From Octopus bimaculoides (Eukaryota): a DNA stretch of 64,000 nt. Below are positions 13,072 through 26,435 of this stretch, piece by piece (position 1 is the first letter of the stretch; each line of letters begins with the position of its first letter). A program made the translations under genes and the position numbers. The DNA is taken from the NCBI RefSeq assembly GCF_001194135.2, contig NC_068981.1, forward strand, positions 149,751,617 to 149,815,616, given 5' to 3'. The notes beneath the pieces are model-generated. The model ran no database searches and was not told the DNA's origin. It saw nothing but the letters and a program-made list of their open reading frames with translations.

Positions 13072-15515
13072 NNNNNNNNNNNNNNNNNNNNNNNNNNNNN
13101 NNNNNNNNNNNNNNNNNNNNNNNNNNNNNNNNNNNNNNNNNNNNNNNNNNNNNNNNNNNNNNNNNNNNNNNNNNNNNNNNNNNNNNNNNNNNNNNNNNNN
13201 NNNNNNNNNNNNNNNNNNNNNNNNNNNNNNNNNNNNNNNNNNNNNNNNNNNNNNNNNNNNNNNNNNNNNNNNNNNNNNNNNNNNNNNTATATAGTAAATG
13301 AGTATGGAGAACTAAGTTTTTGAGTTTCACGGATAAGCAGAGCAAGGAACGAATTGAAAGACGCACACTTTATCATTAAAAATATCTATCATAACAATAG
13401 TAGTTTTATTTATATTTATACAGCGGTTTGTGAGTCTATTTATATTATTCCGAACATACATACATATACAATTCCATGCACATACTCGCACACATACGCG
13501 CGCGCACACACACAGATGTATATTTGCCTAACTGTATAAGATAAACACATATGAGTTTATGAAATTCATGAATATTGGAAGAAAGTGGGCAAGATATCAT
13601 AGAATACTAATTTACATTCATTAGATTTACATTCATTTGAATAATAAATTGGATATCACATCATTCCAGTGAGGCTTAGCTCTGTAATCATTTTGCTTCT
13701 TTCAAAGACACTTATGCTACTTGTATGTCACCTTTATCGAAACCGCAGCAAATATACACGAAAGCACCTCAGAACTTCCCGGAAAGGATTTTATTGGCAA
13801 TTAAGGTTACATAATATATTCTTCATATCTTGGGCGCTTTTTTATATGTAAACACATGTGAAGAATATGTAATTATTATGATTAATAAATAGAAAGAAAT
13901 TAGGGATTTCGAATATACAAAGATAACTTCTTCGAAATGATAAGATTATTTAAAAATGGAACGGCATTTTTTCTAAAGTAAAGCCCATAGATTTCGTTAT
14001 CATGTACAGAGGTCTTATTGAATGCCATCATTGATTCTGAACTGAAAATTCACAATCTCTTTTCACGTTACCTTAATACTGTTATCGGTTGGTATTTACT
14101 TTAATTCGTCCTGAATGAGAAGCCCATGGCAGTATTCATCTGATAAGAATTTCACATTCAAAACATAATACGTTGAAAAAACAAAATTATTCTCACATCT
14201 ACAAGTAGTTGTTTATGTGCGTATCTTGTCAGTTTTACATCTGGGTATCAATATACAAAGGTAACTTCAATGAGGTTAAAAAATAATCACGTTACTCTCC
14301 ATGTGATTTATAAGCATGGTTAGAGATAGTTTAATATGGAAACAGCTGGTCCATGTATGGCAGAAATGGATGAGTGAAAAGTAAGATATGTTGCAGCATT
14401 TAGTTTGTTAAATTTACGGAGTGCACAAATCCCAGTGAGGTTCATTTTGCTTTTCATCATTATGAATTCGATAATATAAGACTATTTGAGTATTTTGGTT
14501 GATCTAATAGAACATACCCTTCTCTCGAATTTCAAGAGTTATGTGTATCTCTGAAGGCAATATTGTAACGATATGTAAACAAATCAGGCGAAAGTACGAA
14601 TATATCAAATAAGGAAAATATTGTACTATGATATTTTCTTTTTCATGTCTGTTTTTTTTAATCTCCTCATCGCACATGCTATTTCAATATATATTCAAAT
14701 TGCATATGCAACATTTCAACAAACTTTCAAAACCATACATATACACAACAGTCATATATATCCGGCCATAGATAAGTCGGTAGATAAATGCACATATGAA
14801 TATAAGTACGAATGTATATATTCATAAACATAGTTCTGTATAAATACACACATTTATCCACTTAAATACGCATATATACAAATAATGCTTGGTTACTAAG
14901 AAGAGAAACGGAATATTAATTGCCTTGACCTAAATACATATGTTTGTTGACTGTTTTCACTAGACATACAGTTAGGTATGTTAACTGGATTTCAAAGCAT
15001 TAGTAAATACTATTTGAAATATCAGATAAATCTGTCTTTAAGTCGCAGAACGCGGTCTTAAAAAACAGAGGTAATTTTGATACTGCAATCTTACACAAGA
15101 TTCTAACGTAATGTAGGATAGTTATGAGCAGAATTTCTAGACCATTGGTTTGCGCATTTAGGTCAAACCTCGAACTTAAAAACAATCGATAAAATCATCA
15201 TTGTATTATTCTCTAACTTTATGTTTCTTTAGTTCTGTGATATATTTACTCACTCCAAAACACCTGAATGCATTTAAATTAACTAGTTCAACTAAATTGC
15301 AGCTATGGACACACAATAAATATCTCCGTTCTCTATAACCATTAAATTACTATTATTTGAGCTTTTATTATCTTTGTTTATATTTGCAGTAGCAGTCCTT
15401 CTTCATAGCGTTAGGTTGCTTCAGCAGTTTGCATGATTTCCACATTTTCTCTTGCCTTTCTCTAGTTTCTTCCTTGTATATGTGTGTGTTTGTGTGTAGT
15501 TCGTGTGAGCTTTGT

Positions 15516-15521
15516 GCGCGC

Positions 15522-15576
<55 letters not shown>
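15516..15576. repeat. Compound (GC)n-(GT)n alternating purine-pyrimidine tract
   Basis: About ten uninterrupted GC units followed directly by (GT)n. Confidence 0.9.
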
Positions 15577-15578
<2 letters not shown>

Positions 15579-16014
15579 CGAGAATGTAATTGCAGTCGCT
15601 CTTGCTTATTAATGCTGGTAATGGATGCAATATTTCTTTTTTTTAGCCAGGCTTAGTGTATTATGTATTATTCTTTGTCTGATATCATATATAAATCAAG
15701 ACTTGCACGCTATTGACGCTTGTCATTGAAATCCTGCCAGATTTCTTTGCTTTATCGGTATATTTCCAACCCAGTTCGTTTACAGTTAGTAGTAAGCGTT
15801 GTTGAAGATCCACAACGTAGTGAATTGTAGAGAGATGTTTAATCGCTCTGGACTTTGACTGCTAATAGCATTAATCTGTCAGATGAAATATGTCCATAAT
15901 TTGGAAAAAAAAAAATTCCATAATCTTTTTGCATTGTATGATGAAATGAAATAACGATCATAAAATGGATATGCATACATATAAACTCACACACACAAAT
16001 CTATATATACATGC

Positions 16015-16049
<35 letters not shown>

Positions 16050-16068
16050 CATACATACATACATACAT

Positions 16069-16099
<31 letters not shown>

Positions 16100-16566
16100 N
16101 NNNNNNNNNNNNNNNNNNNNNNNNNNNNNNNNNNNNNNNNNNNNNNNNNNNNNNNNNNNNNNNNNNNNNNNNNNNNNNNNNNNNNNNNNNNNNNNNNNNN
16201 NNNNNNNNNNNNNNNNNNNNNNNNNNNNNNNNNNNNNNNNNNNNNNNNNNNNNNNNNNNNNNNNNNNNNNNNNNNNNNNNNNNNNNNNNNNNNNNNNNNN
16301 NNNNNNNNNNNNNNNNNNNNNNNNNNNNNNNNNNNNNNNNNNNNNNNNNNNNNNNNNNNNNNNNNNNNNNNNNNNNNNNNNNNNNNNNNNNNNNNNNNNN
16401 NNNNNNNNNNNNNNNNNNNNNNNNNNNNNNNNNNNNNNNNNNNNNNNNNNNNNNNNNNNNNNNNNNNNNNNNNNNNNNNNNNNNNNNNNNNNNNNNNNNN
16501 NNNNNNNNNNNNNNNNNNNNNNNNNNNNNNNNNNNNNNNNNNNNNNNNNNNNNNNNNNNNNNNNNN

Positions 16567-16617
<51 letters not shown>

Positions 16618-17250
16618 CTACACTGACAATGAGATTGAATGCCAAAAAAGACGAATAAATACAGGGATGGAAATGTGCGTATATGTTTAAATAAATACAA
16701 GGGTAGTTGAATTAAGTATCTGTTTGTTGAAAGTCTTGGCATGTATATACTTTTAAGTACATAATTTCCATAAATCAATACCTTAGCAAATAAACTGGCA
16801 GTTCCATAAAAAACGAACTGTGCCCATATATTGTCATGTAGGCAATACTATTTATTGAAATAAAATATGTAAATATATGCAGGAACATAGATGTCGACTA
16901 AGCAAATCAAACTGAGAGATGACCAAAATTGACTGAATATCTAAAGAGGGCATGTGCTATATTTAATAAGATATGTTTACACTCAAGTAAAGAGATACAA
17001 TACAATTCTATGAATCAATGTGGTATAGTATCAGTATTCCACTTGACAATACGATAATATGTTATGAAGCTAATGACAATACTATGTTCACTTATATAGC
17101 ACCGGTTGAAAGTGCAGATGTAAAGAACGCGTTAAGTGACACTTCTATTTAAGGAATTACCTAGAAATTATGTATCTTTAATATATATGGTAGATTTTAA
17201 TCATTATTTCATCTGTTTATAAATATGCGTATATATATGTGGGCGGAGCG

Positions 17251-17273
17251 TGTGTGTATGTGTGTGTGTGTGT

Positions 17274-17369
<96 letters not shown>
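17251..17369. repeat. (TG)n microsatellite
   Basis: Direct reading. Confidence 0.95.
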
Positions 17370-17371
<2 letters not shown>

Positions 17372-18167
17372 TGATATAAATCTTGCAGACCAACTTTTAT
17401 TGTATTATATTTCTAGCAGTGAGGTATGGCTGTCGTATTCTCAACATGAATACATAAACATTAGATATGTCTCTATGCATAATTCTCTTTCTTTCTGCTT
17501 ATAACTGCCATATATTGACATACACACGAACACACGAATGCCCAAACACATACGCGTATACACACGTGCGCATACACACTTAGACCCATTTGCACATGTA
17601 CAGCTTCCATATATAATTGTGAATAATATATTATTGATTTACAAATATAGTTTATGGGTAAATTTATGTCCATAAATAAATATATAATTACTTGAATTCC
17701 TTATAAATATAATCGAACTATTTAAATTTCTTTTGTCTTCAAAACGGTCAAACATCAATGATATATCACTTTGATATATCATTGATATATCAAATGTAAG
17801 CTACCGCTTACATTTGTTCATATATCGTTTACCAAGATATTCCTTATAAGCTCTTAAGTTTTGATAATAGGCCAGTATAAGTGATATTTTATTGAACGTT
17901 GTAAAAATAACAATACAAGTGAACTAGTTTAAGCCATGTAAGTTTTTAAGAATAAACACTCTATAGTTATGTTTGCGTGGTATTGTGCGCACCTGTAAAG
18001 ATTCTGTTGAATATGAATAACCCATTGCAATATATTATAACTCACTTCCTATGATTCACATTGACTTCAGATTTAAGGATAAAATGATTGAATGGCATAC
18101 CGATTAGATTACTTCTATGCATAAGGCTGTGATTTGTTGTTTTTGATGATGGCGATGATGATGATAT

Positions 18168-18217
<50 letters not shown>

Positions 18218-18354
18218 NNNNNNNNNNNNNNNNNNNNNNNNNNNNNNNNNNNNNNNNNNNNNNNNNNNNNNNNNNNTACATACACATACATACATACGTA
18301 CATACACTTACACACACGCAAAAACACACACAAACACACCCACTCACACACACC

Positions 18355-18395
<41 letters not shown>

Positions 18396-19929
18396 GAGAA
18401 ATTACGATAAATAAAGAAACACAAATTTATATTACTTCTTCTGACGTGCATTTTATCATTGTTGTCTGTAGAACACTTCATTGAACGTTCCAAGTGCAAT
18501 TGAAGGCTTAAACATAGTGAATCCTCAGAGCTCACTTTATGGCATTATGTTAAAAGGAACTAATGTCAATAGTGGTGTCGATGGTGATGAAAAGAAGAGA
18601 TGAAATGAGAAGGGAAGGCATAATAAGTAATAGATGAATAAAATGATATTCTAATTTAGAAATATAAGTATTCATTTACAAACGTATCTATGCAAAACAT
18701 AATAATGATTTCTTCTGATCTGTCGTAGAAGAAGCAATGAGAAAATTGATAAAAATGACTGTCAAAAAACTGCCCTTCCAAATAGCAGTAAAGTTTTCCT
18801 GAATTAAAGTTGCAAGATATAACAGCAAAAAGCTGGTGAGAAGAAAGAGATAGAATGAATGCTGGAAAAGGAAAACAAAATGTGTTCTAATATAAATTCC
18901 TCTATAAAAACGTTTCTGGAAAAAATGTCCTTAGTCATACATGAAAAAAATGTTGAACTCGTTATTAAGAAGTAACGATGATGTTTGTTAAATATTATTA
19001 ATGCAGTAAGATACATTATTAGCGTTTCAGGCTGGATTAAATAGATGACGTCAGTTAAAATGTTTAATGTATACGATAAAATTTGTATCGTCATTTATGT
19101 TTTAAAGACATTATAGAATAAACTGAGAATGTACTAAACAGAACAAGAGGATATACGTGAGATGGCGGGTCGCTGAAGAGGGCACAGGATGTGTGACGAG
19201 AGATTTCTAGGCAAAGGACATAAAATGAGAGCAATAATAGATCTGAAGTAAAGAACGCATATATAATGCGTGTTTGTTTGTTTGTTAAAAACGAAATGAC
19301 CATCCTGAAATATAACGATATCTGTTTCAACGTACGATTTCACACCAGGAATCTTGCAAAGCAAATACATAAACTTAAGAATTAAGTCTATATTTGATAA
19401 ATTATTCCAGTAGCTATGGAAACGCTGTTACAATTGAAGAAATAAAAACGACGAATGTTGAATTGCATGGGTTTTCTAAAGATATTGCACCAAAAATTAT
19501 CCAGATTTAAAGTAAATGAGAATAAATATCGGACATCCTTTTTCAGATATTGTGGACGGAATGAAATGAAAGTTTAGAAATTAAGTGTCAATCCGCATCT
19601 AAGGAGATAACAATTTTGACAAATGACTGCCCTCATAATTCTCCAAGGCCATTTATATTTGTCATATATCAGTGTAATAGAAAATAAAACGAATCTTACG
19701 TGATATGCTTACTTTTAATCTCGCAATAAAATGACTTCGGAATAGCTGTTGCCATTCTAGAAATCACAAAAATATGACACCAGAGTGCGGTGCAAATAAG
19801 TCAATCATTACAACATACCTCAGTGTTTAGTAAACATTTTCATGCATTTAACTTGCTATCATAAGCAATTCTGTATTACAAATGAATAAACCAATCAATG
19901 AACCATGATCCAGTTGACCTACGTGTATG

Positions 19930-20575
19930 TTAGACAATAGATTTGCCGGAAACTGTCCATATCCATGCACTGTACTGTTACATGTCATGCGGTCAACCAA
20001 GCTGGAAGCTTTCTTCATGCGTATACTGATTAAAGAGCTAGTGTTCTCTAAACCAGGAGAAAACGTTCCTCAAAATTGTAGTAGAAACATTTGGCAATGT
20101 ATCAGAGGTTTGGAAGGCTGGAAATATTGACAGCCATGTGACGCCCAAGGTATGCTATGCACATTGTCTTACAGAAGTTGCCCTGCAGGGTGAATATCAC
20201 CCAGGTTTTGTAAGCATTCTTTTGTTCTTCGTAGTTGCAGCACTGCTCTGAACAAACCACTTAAGTGTCTTGAAGTTTAGAGATTTTGTGTGAAGGATGT
20301 GAACGGACATGCCTAAAATGATGGTTTTTGCCAACAACCTAGCAGTTCCTGAAAGGGCAGGTATGAAGAATGTGTACGGGCTTAAAAGTTTTAAAACTTT
20401 GCCCAGTTAGCTGACTTGAATTGCTGCCATAGTGTCTAGGGAAGAAGGGGCAGTTTGGCAAAATGTAGCAATAGGGCTCCTGTTGAATGAGGTAATAGAT
20501 GCAGAAACAGTCACGCTTTGTTAAATGTGTTCTATATCACACTATATCCAGCAGGCACAACTCCATCTCCATGAA
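19930..20575 (-). mobile_element. Decayed LINE reverse-transcriptase C-terminal remnant (I/Ingi/RTE-X-like)
   Basis: Minus-strand translation gives a (Y)LGVT segment followed by RTLAL*SVYA*RKLPAWLTA*HV, resembling YLGVTLD...LRT.ALAL.YS.AEY.APAW..S.H; many stops. Confidence 0.4.
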
Positions 20576-21243
20576 AATATTTCTACTGGAATATATTTGT
20601 TTGAATCCACGGTTTGAATTCACGGTCTTTTCGACAACAATAAATTACTTGAAAGTAAATGATAGCTTCTAACATAAGTACAGGACCTTAAATTTAGGGG
20701 ATGGAGTAGTCGATAATATTCATTATTTGACTTCTACATAATTTTCCTGACCTAGGAATTACGAAAAGAAAAATAAAGATTTCAATTTCAGAATGTAAAG
20801 AGTCAGAACATATAGAGCATAGCATGTTTTCATGTATTCAAACGACTCTGCTAATTCACTGCCGTTATTGTAAGTAAATACTAGAAAATGTCATATTTTG
20901 TTGTTTTGGTCATTTAGCTGCAGGACACTAAAGAGTGAACCAATTTATAATGAAAGGCATTTCTGTACGATTATTTCCTTTCAATTTATCAGTTCAATTT
21001 GTAATATTTTATTCTATCAATTTGCAATATTTTATTCTATCATTTAATCTGTCATATCCTACAGTTCATTTTTATAAAATTTTATATTATGCTTTATTTT
21101 ATTTATTCTTAAATTTACTGATTTTGTATTCATTCATTTCGAATATCATTGTAATTCTGCTTACTAACTCCGTAACTTAGCACGTCCTGTACGCTCTGTT
21201 AGAAAGTTATCATTGAAAACTAGTTTTATTATCATTGTTACTG

Positions 21244-22082
21244 AGGCGTGAGCTGGCAGAATCATTCGCACGCCGCGCAAAATGCTTAGCTGTATTTCTC
21301 CTGGCTTTATGTTCAAATTCCGCCAAATCGACTTTGCCTATCTTTTCGTGATCGATAAAAATATGTACCAGTCGAACACAGGAGCCATTGTAATCGGCTT
21401 AAGCCTTCCTACATACTCGCTTGCCTTGTGCCAAAATTTGTAACTACTATTATTTTTATTAAGAATGCGAGTTGGCAGAATCCTTATTAGTACGCCCGGT
21501 AAAATGCTTGGCGGCATTTTTCCCATCTTTACGTTATGAATTCAAATCGCGCTGCAGTCAACTATACCTTTCCTCTTTTTTGGATCGGTGAAATAAGGAC
21601 CAGTTTAGTACTGGGTCGATGTAATCGTCTCTTCCCATCCCACAACCTTTCCAAGCCTTGCACCTTATTATTAGGTCAGCAAACTGGCAGAAACATTTGA
21701 AGATACGGAAAAGATGTTTCACGGCGTCTTTTCACCTCTTTTCATCCTTAGTTGAAATTCCGCAGAGGGCGACTTTGCTTTCCACATTTTAGAAATCCGT
21801 AAAATAATTACTATTTGATACCTGGAGTGGATATAATCGACGAGATCGCCCCAAAAAAAAAAAAAAAAAAATTATTAAAGCTGCCAAATTGTGGAATCCT
21901 TAAAACTACAGGCAAAATACTTGGCGGCATTTCTTACCGCTTTACGTTCAGAGTTCAAATTCGATGAACTTAACTTTACTTTTCATCCTTTATCGATTGT
22001 TAAAATAGTTGAGTAGTGGTGTAGATGCAATCGACTATCCCTTTTCCACAAATTTCAGGCCTATGATTACGAACAGAAATAT
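21244..22082 (+). mobile_element. Four head-to-tail SINE family A copies
   Basis: Units start near 21244, 21461, 21672 and 21886 and follow the pattern (g)ctggcagaa.c..(a)gcacgcc..aaaatgctt.gcgg.att..gagttcaaatt..gacttt.c.tt.catcc.t...tcgat; an A-box-like TGGCAGAA(T)C and a B-box-like GTTCAAAT are present, with the fourth unit the most diverged. Confidence 0.8.
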
Positions 22083-22118
22083 CGCCTGGAGGGTCGTATT
22101 TGTTTGTGTGTATGGATT

Positions 22119-22179
<61 letters not shown>

Positions 22180-22304
22180 ATGTAGATGTATGTGCATGTG
22201 TAAGTATTGCTCAGTTTTTATGTATATATATGCATATATTTGTACATCAATTTACAATTGTGTACCTAAAATATATATATATATATATATATACCTGTTA
22301 GACC

Positions 22305-24290
22305 ATCTCACAAAATCCATAAACAATGATACCACTATTGTATCTTTTAAGGTGATAAACCTCTACACCGCAATTCCACACCAATATGAACCAGAGGCAA
22401 TAAATTTCTGGATAGAGAAATTTCCTCATGAAATTCCAGACAAAACTGAAAAGAGTTTTATCACCGAAGGATTAAAGTTCATCCTCAAAAACAACATTTT
22501 TACTTCGATGACAATATTTACTAAGAAATATCTGGGACTGCTCCAACTTACGCCAATCTAGTCATGATATACATGTAGGTCCAGATATATGAACAATCTA
22601 AATGAAGATATAGCTTGAACGTCCACAAATATCTACTAGAAAACAGGAAACGTTACTTAGATGACTGCCTAATCCAATGGACGCACGCATTTGAAAAAGT
22701 TATAAATTTCAAAAATCTAATCAACAGCAACAACAATATTAACTTTAGCATGGAATACAGTAAAACTTCACTACCATTCCTGGATATACTAATCATCAAC
22801 AGCGATAAAAAAACATTGAAACAGATATTCACTACAAACAAACGGATTCTAAATAATACTTAGTGTTCTTCTTATGCCATCCGAAACACACAAAGGATGA
22901 TATTCCCTTTAATCTAGCAAGAAGAATCTGCAAAATTGAAGCTCGCAATATAAGACTCCAGGAACTAAAACAAGTACTGCTTAGAAGACAATATCCAACG
23001 GAATAGAACGTGCCAAAGCAATGAATATTGAAAAAATACGAAACACGAAAAATGCTCCGGATACATCCAATACTCTACCCTTTATTACAACACACAACCC
23101 AAGAAACACAGAGGTTTACAATATTATTCCCCACAACATCCTACTACTAAAACAAGACCCAAGAATGAAACAAGCATTCGAAATACACAAAATAATAAAA
23201 AAAGAAAAGACAATCAAAGTCCCTCAAAAGATTCCTCACAAGTCCTAAATTACCTTCCACAATTCCTACACTGGTAAAGTGTAGCCACCCCAACTACGGG
23301 ACTTGCGTGAACCTTATTGAAGGCACAACATACAAATTCAAATCAGAACAAACTTTTACTGTAAAAAATCACTTTACATGTTATTCAAGGAATTTAGTAT
23401 ACGCTATCAAATGTCAGGGATGTAATGAAGATTACATAGGTTAAACAAAACTTACTCACTGAAATTGACTGACCATACACCGACAACAATTACGACATTC
23501 CAGTACTAGACAGATTCCACTGAATGGACACATAGATATATGTGCAAAAAATAAGTCACCCAGATTCCAAGTCTTCTCACTCTAATTATGTTCAGCGATT
23601 ACCACAGATAAATCGCGGATAAACAAGGAAAATATTTTCATACAAATGTACAAAAGATGACTTAACAAACTTTAAAAGAGTACATACACAAATAACTATT
23701 CACAGTCAAATCTCGTTCTGCCAATTAACATGTGGAATCTTCACTGCTAAGAACCTAATCTTTAGGCGCTGGACTACAAACAAGTGACTTCTGTCCACTC
23801 TCCCACTAGAGAGCTTAAATTTGGAGGGCCTTGATTGTAACTAAACATCTTCACTCAACCGTGTCAGCCTTTTTTTAGGCGCCAAATATACTATCACGTG
23901 ACACTAACGGACGTAGAGGGAAACGTACAAAAGATGTTCATTCTCTACAAATACTTGATAGAAAGCATTCAGAGCATTAATTGTTTAGAAATGTTCAGTG
24001 ACCCGTGTCAGTCTTAACCTACGACGCCAAGCATCATCACTTGATACTAACACAGAGACGTAGCGGGGAGCCTACGAAAATTTCCAAGACTAGTCATGTA
24101 ACTATATTCTTTTGATCAAATCATATTCAAAACATATACTAATTTGAGCCATGAACTCCTTATATAAATAGGGCAAGCTTAAAACACTAGTCAGAAGCAA
24201 GACAGCTGCGACATAAGCCACGTCTTTCTAATTCAGTTTTTTGAAAACCAGTGCAAACTGTGAGACCGGTTAAATCTTTAAATATAATAG
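22305..24290 (+). mobile_element. Penelope-like element (Neptune-type), 5'-truncated and decayed: RT, Cys-rich linker, GIY-YIG endonuclease and 3' region
   Basis: IVSFKVINLYTAIPH, RKRYLDDCLIQW..NFSMEYSKTSLPFLDILI, PFITTHNP, KCSHPNYGTCVNL and CYSRNLVYAIKCQGCNEDYIG*T; frameshifts and stops throughout. Confidence 0.9.
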
Positions 24291-24394
24291 TAAAATGTAT
24301 TTTAACTATTCTCAGTGCATTTTCAGCTTCTATTTCTTTTCTATATTTCTACCCCTGTGGAGGAGTAAAACATCTTCGTTTTCTCTCTCTATCT

Positions 24395-24428
<34 letters not shown>

Positions 24429-24458
24429 TTGGAAAGGATACGTGGCGTTGAGTCATAT

Positions 24459-24507
<49 letters not shown>

Positions 24508-24878
24508 TATGTGGGCGGTCATCTTTCTTCTCCTAACTTATGTTTCTTTCTTTCTCTCCGTGGTAGCTGGATCAATTTAATTTGCTTTGCGAGAGCAACT
24601 GTTTTATCGAAAGCGTGTATTGTTGTTAAATGCTCGAAATACGAGAGTAGAAAACAACCAACAACTGATGAAGGGGCGTTCTTTGTGTTGTTTGTCTAAT
24701 TTTCCATTTGTGTCTTTCGTTGTTCAAAAAATAGTTCATGTTCCATGTAATCGTTCTTCGTATTTGTCGTTGCACACGTTTCGGGACGTCCTGTGCTCAC
24801 ATATGCATATATATACGTATAGATGTAGGTATGTACATATACGTATGGTTATATATATTTATAATATATATGTTTCTG

Positions 24879-24914
<36 letters not shown>

Positions 24915-25258
24915 CAGAAGTAATGTGAGTGAATGGGAGTAAAGACAGAGAGGCTGTGTGTGTGAGAGAGAAAGAGGGAGAGAGAGAAGTGAGTAAACAT
25001 GAAAAATGTATGTCAAGACATGATAAGATATTCAGTAGCTGCCTGTCACTGGGAAGTGGAGATAATGTCAGGGAAAATCAGAGAGGAATTTAGAGATGGG
25101 ACGAAGAGCGACTCAATAAGGACATGCAGCGAAAGTGTGTCATGGTGTGGGTTTGCTTGAGTTTTAGTAAGTCGACAATTTTATTACGAATTCGATACAC
25201 TTCGGCTATAAAATTTATCGACAAGCAGAAATTTTTATAACTACTGTGTCATATGTAT

Positions 25259-25304
<46 letters not shown>

Positions 25305-25899
25305 AAGAAAAGCAACAAAAATNNNNNNNNNNNNNNNNNNNNNNNNNNNNNNNNNNNNNNNNNNNNNNNNNNNNNNNNNNNNNNNNNNNNNNNNNNNNNN
25401 NNNNNNNNNNNNNNNNNNNNNNNNNNNNNNNNNNNNNNNNNNNNNNNNNNNNNNNNNNNNNNNNNNNNNNNNNNNNNNNNNNNNNNNNNNNNNNNNNNNN
25501 NNNNNNNNNNNNNNNNNNNNNNNNNNNNNNNNNNNNNNNNNNNNNNNNNNNNNNNNATACATATACATATATATATATATACATATATATATACATACAT
25601 ACATACACACACACATACACACACACATATATATATATATATATGTGTGTATGTGTGTGTGTGTGTGCATGTATATGTATTCCAGAAGTTTTCAGATTTT
25701 TGTAAGAGAAGCGGTTCTCAATGTCCTACAACTTTAGTATCGCATTACAATACATCAAATAAATTGACCTGCCACTTGTTATCTTTCTAGATTCAAATTG
25801 TTGTTGGAATAGCATTTTGAACATATCCTGCTAAACACTCAATAGGTTGGAAAATGCCGTCGGGACATTTGCAATATCATTATGACAAAGGTTTGTATT

Positions 25900-26240
25900 A
25901 AAGACGGTAAAAACGCTACAGCTACTTCTGAAATGATCCAGACCACTTATAGATTAACCTCCGCTGATACATGAGGTTCACAGGCGGTAAGGAGATGGTG
26001 AGAGACAATGAGAATTGTTGAAGCGAGAGGGACACAGGACATGAAAGCAAGTGGAAAAAGATCTGCAATTTTCTGAAGATAATAAACATAGAATTTGGAG
26101 TTAGTTGCGGCCACAATGCAGAGAATTATTCTTGATATGAGCAAGCACAAAATTTTTGAAAAGTCTATTCCCAGGGATCTCAGGGTGGAGCATCCAGGTA
26201 AACAACTTGTGGATGAAGGATACTGTGATAGCGTTCCTGG
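25900..26240 (+). mobile_element. Mariner-like transposase N-terminal (HTH) remnant
   Basis: GKNATATSEMIQTTY..AVRRW and TMQRIILDMSKHKIFEKSIPRDL resemble G..A.E...I...YG..V..W and TV..IL...L.M.K..AKWVPR.L. Confidence 0.5.
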
Positions 26241-26435
26241 ACACCTTCATTTGGAGGATTTCCATGGGTCCTTCAGGAAAATGGCTGGGGTTCTATAACA
26301 TGTAGATTGAAGTCAGAGAATTCTACTTTGAATGTGATTAGAATTTTGTACTTCTTTAGAATTATAAACATCTCTTTACAAAAATTATGAACATTTCTGG
26401 ACTGCACCTAGAGTGTATGTATATATATATATATA

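Noticed and set aside
24665-24680. CTGATGAAGGGG, a hammerhead-like first half in a repeat-like segment
   Set aside because: No stem II partner or GAAAC follows it, so no ribozyme can be folded.
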